From positions 18,170 to 82,169 of the forward strand of contig CAWDCK010000014.1 of the NCBI GenBank assembly GCA_963800805.1: DNA of 64,000 nucleotides, read 5' to 3'. The stretch comes from an uncultured Armatimonadetes bacterium (GTDB lineage Bacteria; Armatimonadota; Fimbriimonadia; Fimbriimonadales; Fimbriimonadaceae). This document shows positions 9,297 to 17,215 of the stretch, in pieces (positions within the stretch are counted from its first letter, which is position 1; each line of letters opens with the position of its first letter). The translations under genes and the position numbers were made by a program. Below the pieces are notes generated by a model. That model made no database searches, was not told where the DNA came from, and was given only the letters and a program-made list of their open reading frames with translations.

Positions 9297-9909
9297 GTGA
9301 AAAGGCCAATCCTACTTCTCATAGCAATGCCACTATCCGCATTTGCCCAAGAAAACAATGGTCAAGCTCTCTGCCCGCTCTGAGCCGCCGGCGGATATTC
9401 AGTCAGTTCGACTGAATCAAGTCAGTGGATGATTAACTCCATCCACATTCCTAACAGTGCCACTTCTACCGAAACCTTTTATTTGGTATCGTCCAAATTC
9501 CACAGTTAGCTTAGGAATTGCCCATCTTTTTAAGCAAAACAGCTTCCGATACCTAGCAACTCTAAAGCTATTCAATGAATCAGAAAACTATCCTGGCGTC
9601 TTTGCTTCCGCCGGAGTTCAAGGAATCGGAACTGGTAATCCGGGATACTCATTAGTGGCTGAAAAAAACTTCCAAATTCAAAGTAACTCCCTCAACATTT
9701 TTTCTGGAATAGGTTTCAGATCCAATGAAAACCACGCCCATCTTGTCGGCGGTGCCAAATGGGGTCTCACCAAAAATCTAACAATCGGAATCCAATCTGA
9801 TGGGCACCAATACTATCCATTCATAAACCAATCCGAAGGAACATCCATCTTCGGCATTTACCTTATTGGTGGCAAAACACCTGCATTTCAAGTTGGTATA
9901 AGGTTCTAA
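9297..9909 (+). CDS. Candidate selenoprotein: signal peptide + CxxU + beta-barrel-like domain, interrupted by in-frame TGA (9381-83) and a +1 frameshift (likely TTTT 9477-80)
   Basis: GTG 9297 reads MKRPILLLIAMPLSAFAQENNGQALCPL(TGA)AAGGYS...TETF. Removing one T joins it to the 9457-9909 frame (IWYRP...FQVGIRF), giving about 203 aa. A SECIS-like hairpin lies at 9397-9417. Confidence 0.65.
9397..9417 (+). promoter_or_regulatory. Bacterial SECIS-like stem-loop
   Basis: Perfect 8-bp stem ATTCAGTC/GACTGAAT with a 5-nt loop AGTTC containing GU. The stem starts 13 nt after the TGA and the loop G is 23 nt after it. Confidence 0.6.
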
Positions 9910-9916
9910 ATAAACG

Positions 9917-10501
9917 CTATAGCCGAACCTGGCCACGAAGTTTTTCCAGAGTTTTTTCTCCAACTCCAGATACATAAGCCAAATCCTCTACCGATTGAAA
10001 TGGCCCATTTTCTTCTCGATACTTGATAATCGCTTCCGCCAAAACCGGACCAACATCCGGCAAACTCTCAAGCTCTTTCAATGATCCCAAGTTAATTGAA
10101 ACCGGACCCCCATTCTGAACCGGCGGACCACTCAAATCAAGACCACGGAATGGAACTGTAATCTGCATACCATCCTTAACCGGCGAGGCCAAATTAACCC
10201 CTAATTCATTAGCATCGGGCAGCATCCCTCCCGCTAAGTCAATGACATCCACTACTCTAAAGTCAGACCTAACCTTATAAACTCCGGGACGTTGAATGGC
10301 CCCGGCAATATAAACCTGGATCTCTTCCACCTCGTGCTGCGTTTCCGGAACTCTCGGTTGAGAACTTGGCTCTTCAACTTTCAAACCCGATCCTTGAGGC
10401 TGAATCTGTGAACCCCATGCGGCTAATCCAAGTAAAACTAAAAACCCAGCTCCAAAAACGCCAGCTTTTTGCTTCCCCGATAGTTGATCCCAAAGGCTCA
10501 T
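9917..10501 (-). CDS. comEA: ComEA family DNA-binding protein (TM + SLBB + HhH)
   Basis: VYIAGAIQRPGVY (SLBB), INLGSLKELESLPDVGPVLAEAII and VSGVGEKTLEKL (HhH). Confidence 0.88.
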   Translation of the reverse strand: MSLWDQLSGKQKAGVFGAGFLVLLGLAAWGSQIQPQGSGLKVEEPSSQPRVPETQHEVEEIQVYIAGAIQRPGVYKVRSDFRVVDVIDLAGGMLPDANELGVNLASPVKDGMQITVPFRGLDLSGPPVQNGGPVSINLGSLKELESLPDVGPVLAEAIIKYREENGPFQSVEDLAYVSGVGEKTLEKLRGQVRL

Positions 10502-10569
10502 CTCAAAACTAATTGTATCTCCAGATCCAATCGTTCCAATTTTTCCAAAATAAAAGTACAGACCAGATC

Positions 10570-11436
10570 TTAATGGGATCCAACGATTTCAGCAGCCTCA
10601 ACAGTATTCTCCAGCAAACTGGCTACTGTCATCGGACCAACTCCACCCGGTACCGGAGTGATAAATCCCGCGACCGATGAACATGATTCATATTCGCAAT
10701 CTCCAACATCATGACTACGCCCCTCGACCTTGTTATATCCTGCATCAATCACAACAGCCCCTGGTTTCAACCAATCGCCTTTAACCAATTCGGCTTTGCC
10801 AACCGCGGCTACAACAATGTCCATCGTCCTGCAAAGTTCCGCCAGATTCTGCGTTCGAGAATGAGCAATCGTTACCGTCGCATTCCTTTCCAACAGCATC
10901 AAGGCCATCGGCTTACCAAGAATATTGCTCCGACCAATAACAAGGGCATTCTTTCCCTGACACTCAATCTCATACTTTTCAAGAAGCCGAGTAATGCCCA
11001 GTGGCGTCGCACACCGAAAACCAGGAAGCCCCGCCGTTAACCGACCCAAGCTTGCCGCTGTAATCCCATCAACATCTTTCCGATCTCCCAAACAATTCAA
11101 AACCGCATCTTCATCCAAATGCTTCGGCAAAGGATGCTGAACAAGCACGCCATGAACAAGTGGATTTGCATTGAGAGAAGCCACATATTCTTCCACTTCT
11201 TCTTGTGTGCTTTCAGCAGAAACTGAATAGGAGCCAGATTCAATCCCAACCCAGCTCGCCCACTTTTTCTTCATCGCAACATAAGCCAAACTTGCCGGAT
11301 CCTGCGACGCCACAACCGCTTCAATCCGAGGTTGAACGCCTCGTGCTTTCAGGGCCGCCACTCGACTCTTCAGAGACTCTCGCACTTCCCGCGCAAGTTC
11401 TTTTCCATCCATAATGACTGCCATATTCGATTCCAA
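10570..11436 (-). CDS. folD: Methylenetetrahydrofolate dehydrogenase/cyclohydrolase
   Basis: KDVDG, IGRSNILGKP and TPVPGGVGPMT motifs. Confidence 0.96.
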   Translation of the reverse strand: MESNMAVIMDGKELAREVRESLKSRVAALKARGVQPRIEAVVASQDPASLAYVAMKKKWASWVGIESGSYSVSAESTQEEVEEYVASLNANPLVHGVLVQHPLPKHLDEDAVLNCLGDRKDVDGITAASLGRLTAGLPGFRCATPLGITRLLEKYEIECQGKNALVIGRSNILGKPMALMLLERNATVTIAHSRTQNLAELCRTMDIVVAAVGKAELVKGDWLKPGAVVIDAGYNKVEGRSHDVGDCEYESCSSVAGFITPVPGGVGPMTVASLLENTVEAAEIVGSH

Positions 11437-11438
11437 TT

Positions 11439-11942
11439 CTAACCCTTCGTGCGACTCAGATCATGGTCCTTTGCCAAAACCATATCTCTCATACCATCCT
11501 GATACTCCCTAAGCTTTTCGGATAAATCTGAATCAAAAGCACTTAAAATCCTCACCGCTAATAGACCTGCGTTTTTTGCTCCCCCAATCGCCATCGTCGC
11601 TACCGGAATCCCGCCTGGCATTTGAACAATGGAATAGAGCGAATCCAAACCATTCATAGACTTAGTGTGAACCGGAACTCCAATAACAGGAAGCGTCGTC
11701 ATGCTCGCTACCATTCCCGGCAAGTGGGCCGCCCCGCCCGCTCCCGCAATAATAATTTTCAATCCCCTTTCTGTCGCCGATTTCGAATATTCAATCATTC
11801 GGTCTGGAGTCCGATGAGCAGAAACAATATGCAACTCATAAGGAACACCAAATTCCATCAAAACCGCCTCCGCTTGCTCCATCGTCGGAAGGTCACTGTC
11901 CGAGCCCATGATCAACCCAACAATTGGTGATGCCATTTCCAA
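11439..11942 (-). CDS. purE: N5-carboxyaminoimidazole ribonucleotide mutase
   Basis: IMGSDSD, SAHRTP and [11 protein letters not shown] motifs. Confidence 0.97.
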   Translation of the reverse strand: MEMASPIVGLIMGSDSDLPTMEQAEAVLMEFGVPYELHIVSAHRTPDRMIEYSKSATERGLKIIIAGAGGAAHLPGMVASMTTLPVIGVPVHTKSMNGLDSLYSIVQMPGGIPVATMAIGGAKNAGLLAVRILSAFDSDLSEKLREYQDGMRDMVLAKDHDLSRTKG

Positions 11943-12071
11943 ATTCTACTCGGTTCACTGATCCTAACCATTATGTGGAAAAGTTTTCATTTTTTTTATT
12001 CAGACCGCTCCTCATTTCGCCTAGCCACCGTCTGAAAAGCAATCGAGCCGAAAGATCGGCTAAATATTGCT

Positions 12072-13241
12072 ATGGAAATTCCCCAGGAAGACGAAATGAA
12101 CCCGATAAATCTCTTTGAGAGCAAGGCCATTATCAAAGTCATTGGCGTCGGGGGCGGTGGTTGTAATGCCATCAACCGAATGGTTGAATCGCAAGTTGAT
12201 GGCGTCGAATTCATCGCAATGAACACCGACGTCCAAGCGCTAGATGCAAATGTTGCTCCCATCAAAGTCACTCTCGGTAAAAATACAACCCGAGGACTTG
12301 GTACTGGCGGAAGTGCAGAAAAAGGCGAAGCCGCCGCTAAAGAAGCGGAACGAGAAATTTTAGAATTACTCGACGGAGCCGACATGGTATTCATCACCGC
12401 TGGTATGGGTGGCGGTACCGGTACCGGGGCTGCTCCTGTCATCGCTGAATTAGCAAAGCGATTAGGAATTCTCACCGTTGCGGTTGTCACTAAACCATTT
12501 GATTTTGAAGGGCCAAAGAGAATTAAAGCCTCTCGCGTCGGCCTCGAAAATCTGGAATCAAATGTCGATACTCTTATTGTCATTCCAAACTCGAGATTGA
12601 CTGATATCGTTGAAAGAAAAACAACTCTCGCGCAAGCATTTGTCGCCGCCGACGATGTCCTCCGACAAGGCGTCCAAGGCATCAGCGACATCATCACCAA
12701 ATCTGGCTTGATTAACGTAGATTTCGCCGACGTAAAAACCGTCATGTCAAATGCCGGAGTTGCCCTGATGGGAATGGGAATGGCAACGGGAGACAACCGG
12801 GCCAGAATCGCGGCAGAAATGGCTGCAAATTCACCAATGCTGGAAACAAGCATTCAAGGCGCCAAAAGAATCCTGGTCAACATCACAGCCGGGTCATCCT
12901 TTACAATCGGAGAAGCCCAAGATGCAATGGAGTACATCATGCAACTTGCGGACGCCGACGATGCCGACATCTTCATGGGGCAAGTGCTCGATGAAAATTT
13001 GGGAGAAGCTGTTTCGGTGACTCTTCTTGCGGCTGGTATGGCAATGGGCGGGCCTAGAAAAGCCGATGCGACAGTGTTTGAAAAACCAAATGCTGTATCA
13101 AGTCGACCTCAACCAAGTCAGACCGATTCAAGCCAACCGCATACTCGGGCAACAATTCAACCTATCGAAATTGAAGAAATTGAACTCGACATTCCTACCT
13201 TCTTGCGTCGGCAAAGATCAGCGCATAGTCCAAATCAGTAA
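12072..13241 (+). CDS. ftsZ: Cell division protein FtsZ
   Basis: GVGGGGCNA, tubulin signature GMGGGTGTG, INVDFADV, and C-terminal core LDIPTFLR. Confidence 0.98.
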   Translation: MEIPQEDEMNPINLFESKAIIKVIGVGGGGCNAINRMVESQVDGVEFIAMNTDVQALDANVAPIKVTLGKNTTRGLGTGGSAEKGEAAAKEAEREILELLDGADMVFITAGMGGGTGTGAAPVIAELAKRLGILTVAVVTKPFDFEGPKRIKASRVGLENLESNVDTLIVIPNSRLTDIVERKTTLAQAFVAADDVLRQGVQGISDIITKSGLINVDFADVKTVMSNAGVALMGMGMATGDNRARIAAEMAANSPMLETSIQGAKRILVNITAGSSFTIGEAQDAMEYIMQLADADDADIFMGQVLDENLGEAVSVTLLAAGMAMGGPRKADATVFEKPNAVSSRPQPSQTDSSQPHTRATIQPIEIEEIELDIPTFLRRQRSAHSPNQ

Positions 13242-13274
13242 CATTTTTTATCGGCAACGTACTGGTCCAATATG

Positions 13275-13304
13275 GCCCCGTCTCTTGTAGGCGGGGCATT
13301 TTTT
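13275..13304 (+). terminator. Rho-independent terminator after ftsZ
   Basis: GCCCCG(TC)...(GG)CGGGGC stem followed by a T6 tract. Confidence 0.75.
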
Positions 13305-13321
13305 CTTTGAGCCGATTACTT

Positions 13322-14152
13322 TTAGCGAAGCCCAAATCCTTTTCGATTCAAAATGTCTTTCCAAACTTCTCGGCCATTCAAGTCGCCCGAGATTCTTCGA
13401 CCACTTCGCATTGACCAAGTAACATCCCCTTTCATATTCTGAGATTCATAAAACTTGGACATTCTCAAATCGTATTCTTTGGTATCAGGCTCTCCGTATT
13501 GCTCCTTAAACCAAACTGAATTCTGCTGAATCCTGGGCTTGATTTCGGCCGTACAATCTTCCGAAGGCCAGCCCAAACACAAACCAAACAATCCAATCGA
13601 TCTTTCCGGAAGTTTCAGCAGTTTGCCAATGGCGTCAGGATCGTTTCTCAGGGCACCAATGTAACAAGTGCCAATTCCTAGTGCCTCCGCTGCGCAAACC
13701 ATTCTCTCCGCCGCTAAAGCGGCATCAATGCATGCCATAACCCAAAACTCTGTATAGTCCAATGAACTAGCCGATGCTCCAGACTGAATCGCCGCTTCAT
13801 AAACGCGATGATGATCCGCGACAAATGCAAAAAACCAATCGGCGTCGCGAATCTGGCTTTGATCGCTACAAAGATTTGCCACCTCATTTCGCCGTTCTGG
13901 ATCCTGAACACTAACAACCGACCACAATTGTAAATTACTAGAGGTCGCCGCACTCTGGGCCGCTGCAACCAGCGAGCTAACAACTCGCTCATCAATCGGT
14001 TCTCCCGAAAACTGTCGCACAGAGCGATGGTTCAAAAATCGATCAATGGCGCATTGGCCTTCAAAAGACTCACCATATCTGGCCGACCACGATGTAGCTA
14101 CAGACTCATCAAACATGAGCCCATTATGATCAGTCCTTTTTGGAGAGCTCAA
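13322..14152 (-). CDS. NfrA/NfsA-type NADPH-dependent nitroreductase (FMN oxidoreductase)
   Basis: HRSVRQF, AATSSNLQ, GTCYIGALRN and KPR motifs. Confidence 0.88.
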   Translation of the reverse strand: MSSPKRTDHNGLMFDESVATSWSARYGESFEGQCAIDRFLNHRSVRQFSGEPIDERVVSSLVAAAQSAATSSNLQLWSVVSVQDPERRNEVANLCSDQSQIRDADWFFAFVADHHRVYEAAIQSGASASSLDYTEFWVMACIDAALAAERMVCAAEALGIGTCYIGALRNDPDAIGKLLKLPERSIGLFGLCLGWPSEDCTAEIKPRIQQNSVWFKEQYGEPDTKEYDLRMSKFYESQNMKGDVTWSMRSGRRISGDLNGREVWKDILNRKGFGLR

Positions 14153-14717
14153 CTAAAACGTCGTAAGTCACGGCATCGAGCAATACATTTTGAATCCAAA
14201 GTCTTAGCTTATCTTCTTGGCTCACTTTTTCAGGATCAGCAACTCCAAAGTATCGAGGATCAATACTGTTACCGGCGGCTTTCATCTGCCCCTCGTTCAA
14301 AGTCTCCTTCATCGCCAAGTAGATGTTTGCCGTGTTCACAACCGACATCTTTCCGCGATTGGCAATGAAAGTCGATCGCAAGTTCCCAAGTTCAGCCATA
14401 AGTTTTTCATCAGGGATATCACCCTTTTCTGTACATCTCTTGACTTCTGCCGCCACTCGTGCCTCTACCTTCTGTAAAGCTTCTAGTTCCTTCTTTTCAT
14501 TGTCCTTGAAAGTTTGTCGCACTTTTTCAATTTCAACGATTAACTTTTTGATCTGATCTTTCGTCATCAATACCGGCAAGATCTGATTCAAGACATCTAA
14601 TCGATGAATTTTGTCAGTAATTTTTGTGGCCTCAGAATTCTGAGAAAATGACAAGCTCGGAACCGCTAGCCCTAAAACTAACAATGCCAATACTAGATGA
14701 AACGCGCGCATAATCAT
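14130..14717 (-). CDS. Hypothetical secreted helical protein
   Basis: Signal peptide followed by an amphipathic, charged helical sequence; overlaps both neighbours in an operon. Confidence 0.65.
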   Translation of the reverse strand: MIMRAFHLVLALLVLGLAVPSLSFSQNSEATKITDKIHRLDVLNQILPVLMTKDQIKKLIVEIEKVRQTFKDNEKKELEALQKVEARVAAEVKRCTEKGDIPDEKLMAELGNLRSTFIANRGKMSVVNTANIYLAMKETLNEGQMKAAGNSIDPRYFGVADPEKVSQEDKLRLWIQNVLLDAVTYDVLVELSKKD

Positions 14718-15091
14718 AGTTTGCCCGATCTATTGGACGATTGATCGTCTTTCGGCGTTTCTATTGGGGAAATTTGTCGAGCGGCTATCATCGCTCCCAA
14801 TGTTTGCAAGCCAACAAAGATCGCTCCAAAAATCGTCACCCCAATCCAACCATAAACGGTCAGTATTCCCCCCCTCATACCACCCCAGCTTGACACCAAA
14901 ACTACCCCCAACATCATCACAACACCCCCAAAAAGCATGCAAACGGGGCTCAACCAACGGGGAACGTTGTCCAAAAAAGACGACTTTCCGTAACGCTTAA
15001 AAAGTAATATTCCACCAGCCAGCCACACGGCAAAGCTACCAATTCCTTGAAGCCAAATCAATAACTTCAATTTACCTCTGATAAAATTCAC
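14714..15091 (-). CDS. Hypothetical membrane protein (3 TM)
   Basis: Three hydrophobic segments; 4-nt overlap with the next gene. Confidence 0.6.
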   Translation of the reverse strand: MNFIRGKLKLLIWLQGIGSFAVWLAGGILLFKRYGKSSFLDNVPRWLSPVCMLFGGVVMMLGVVLVSSWGGMRGGILTVYGWIGVTIFGAIFVGLQTLGAMIAARQISPIETPKDDQSSNRSGKL

Positions 15092-15095
15092 CGCA

Positions 15096-15999
15096 ATGAT
15101 TCTTGTATACGGAACAATCTGCCTAGACCGGATTCAAAAAGTACCATATCTTCCTCAATCCGGAGGCTACACCGAAGTCACTAGCCAAGAAGATCACCTC
15201 GGCGGAGAAGCTATGAATACGTCTACCGCTCTAAAAATCTGGGGAACTGATATTCGCTTGTCCGGCAACCCTATCGGAAAGTCCCCTCGAGCGGACTGGA
15301 TTATTGAGCAAGCACAACGCAGAAATTTACCAATCAATGAGATCCCTAAAGTAGATGCAACCGCTCCCAGTTTGCGAAATTTATGTCACCCCTGACGGCG
15401 ACCGAACAATCTTCGGTTTTGGGTTCAACGAAGCCGCAAAACTATGCCAACCTCAAAAACTCGACCTCAAAAATGTAGACTGGCTGACACTCGATTCTGG
15501 AAACAGAGAATCCTCTGACGTCCTCATTTCCCAGGCTAAAGAACTCGGAATCAGAATTTATGCCATGGATCTGCTACCAAATGAAAAGCTACCGCCAAAT
15601 AGTTTTTGGCAAACCAGTTCCGATAGCATTGGACGCCGAGGTGACATTCAAAAAAATGTAAATTTAGTCAAAAAAATGGTGAAGGAGCAAGATGTCCTCT
15701 GTATCCATTCTGATGGCGCAAATGGGTTCGTTGCCGGTGGCCCAAACCAACCTGTAAGACACTATCCACCATTCCCGGCTGAATCTGTTGTAGACACAAC
15801 TGGGGCCGGAGATTGTTTTCGCGCGGGAATGCTATTTGGACTCAATCAGAATTGGCCAAATTCAAAAAGCTTCCAGTTTGCGTCTGCAGCCGGATGTCTC
15901 AATTGCCGAGCTTTTGGAGCAACCGATGGTATTCCAGCAATTCATGAAGTTGAGGAATTGATTGCAAAAAATCCGCAAATTGCGCGATCATACGAATGA
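15096..15999 (+). pseudogene. PfkB family carbohydrate kinase split by a single +1 frameshift (CCC at 15366-68); pseudogene or assembly error
   Basis: ORF 15096-15395 carries the N-terminal GGEAMN motif and ORF 15355-15999 carries DTTGAGDCF. Deleting one C gives the continuous DATAPVCEIYVTPDGDRT. Confidence 0.85.
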
Positions 16000-16007
16000 T
16001 CTGGTAA

Positions 16008-16412
16008 ACCGTCAGAATAAAGAAGACGAACCAGTTTGAGCGCACTCGCGCCGATCATAGCCGAGAAACAGCGGAAGATTACGTTGAACTGATCGCTGAG
16101 TTAATCCTAGAACGTGGCGAAGCTCGGACAACAGATTTAGCCGATCGACTAGGAGTCAGTAAAGTCACGGTCACTAAAACTATTCAACGATTATCTCGGG
16201 AAGGACTCGTCAGCTCAGAGCCATATAGGAGCATCTTCTTAACACAAGAGGGTACGAATCTGGCTGAAAAAAGTCGACTACGCCATGAACTTGTACTCAG
16301 CTTTTTGTTAAAACTTGGAGTCAGCCAACAAACTGCAGAAATAGACTCGGAAGGAATCGAGCATCACGTAAGTGACGAAACTTTAAGGGCCATGAAAAAA
16401 TTCATTGGCTAA
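16008..16412 (+). CDS. mntR: Manganese-dependent transcriptional regulator MntR (DtxR family); start codon unresolved, missed by ORF track
   Basis: Frame reads KKTNQFERTRADHSRETAEDYVELIAELILERGEARTTDLADRLGVSKVTVTKTIQRL...RHELVLSFLLKLGVS...DSEGIEHHVSDETL, ending at TAA 16410-12. There is an in-frame TAA at 16005-07 upstream. Confidence 0.88.
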   Translation, partial: TVRIKKTNQFERTRADHSRETAEDYVELIAELILERGEARTTDLADRLGVSKVTVTKTIQRLSREGLVSSEPYRSIFLTQEGTNLAEKSRLRHELVLSFLLKLGVSQQTAEIDSEGIEHHVSDETLRAMKKFIG

Positions 16413-17215
16413 AGCACATCAATAATTCCACTAAAGACGCGCCTTGGCGATGATGAAACTTCAACTGGTAAGTCCCAGCGATCTATTACTATTCCTAAGG
16501 TTCCTCCTCCCGATGCCACTCTAATTGTTCCTGTCACTCCCGTTTTTCGAGAATGGACAACGGCAGAAGCAATTGCTCCAGTTCCACATCCAATGGTTTC
16601 TCCAACGCCGCGTTCCCAGATTCTGACTTTGATTTCCCGGTCATTCAAAACTTTTGTCCACATGACCGTCGTTTTCTGCGGAAAAATACTTGCATTTTCA
16701 ATCTGTCTACTTATTTTTTCAAACGCAGGTGATTCCGGCAATTCATCAACCATGACTACAAAGTGAGTACTGCCAGTGCTAAGGGCCGTTCCGGAGACAC
16801 CAAAAATCTCTTTATCTACAAACTCTACTGTTGAGCAAACTGGAACTAAAATCGGATCAAACTCCGCCGCCGGCATAATGGTAGATACATTTCCATTACT
16901 TATCTGAGTTCGAATCGTCCTTCCATTTTGGCGTTGCTCAAAATGAGATCCAACCCAACCTTCCGTGAAAGCGTACAGCCCAGAGCACCTCAGTCCATTT
17001 CCACAAAAGTCTTCCGATCCATCAGGATTAAAAAAACGGACTCTTACCGATCCTGATTCCGGAGCTACTACTATCAATCCATCATGACCAATTGAAAACC
17101 TTCTGTCGGCAGTGAATTGTGCGAAGTATTCTGGGCTCAAGCCCCCTAAATCAATCTCTCTCACCAGGACAAAATCATTACCAATAGTTTGAGTCTTTAC
17201 AAAAGGCACTATCAC
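16409..17215 (-). CDS. dapF: Diaminopimelate epimerase
   Basis: GNDF, FCGNGLRC and ERGVGETIGCGTGA motifs. The likely GTG start at 17215 forms a GTGA overlap with the upstream stop. Confidence 0.92.
   Translation of the reverse strand: MIVPFVKTQTIGNDFVLVREIDLGGLSPEYFAQFTADRRFSIGHDGLIVVAPESGSVRVRFFNPDGSEDFCGNGLRCSGLYAFTEGWVGSHFEQRQNGRTIRTQISNGNVSTIMPAAEFDPILVPVCSTVEFVDKEIFGVSGTALSTGSTHFVVMVDELPESPAFEKISRQIENASIFPQKTTVMWTKVLNDREIKVRIWERGVGETIGCGTGAIASAVVHSRKTGVTGTIRVASGGGTLGIVIDRWDLPVEVSSSPRRVFSGIIDVL

Noticed and set aside
9358-9909. Alternative reading: ATG 9358 with read-through of TGA 9430 and no frameshift
   Set aside because: It leaves the frame-3 signal peptide unexplained, has no Cys partner near the TGA, and has only a weak downstream hairpin. 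It is kept as a less likely alternative.
11996-12853. 285-aa antisense ORF opposite ftsZ, and the many other short antisense or overlapping ORFs in the track
   Set aside because: They lie wholly within well-supported genes on the other strand or frame and show no motifs.
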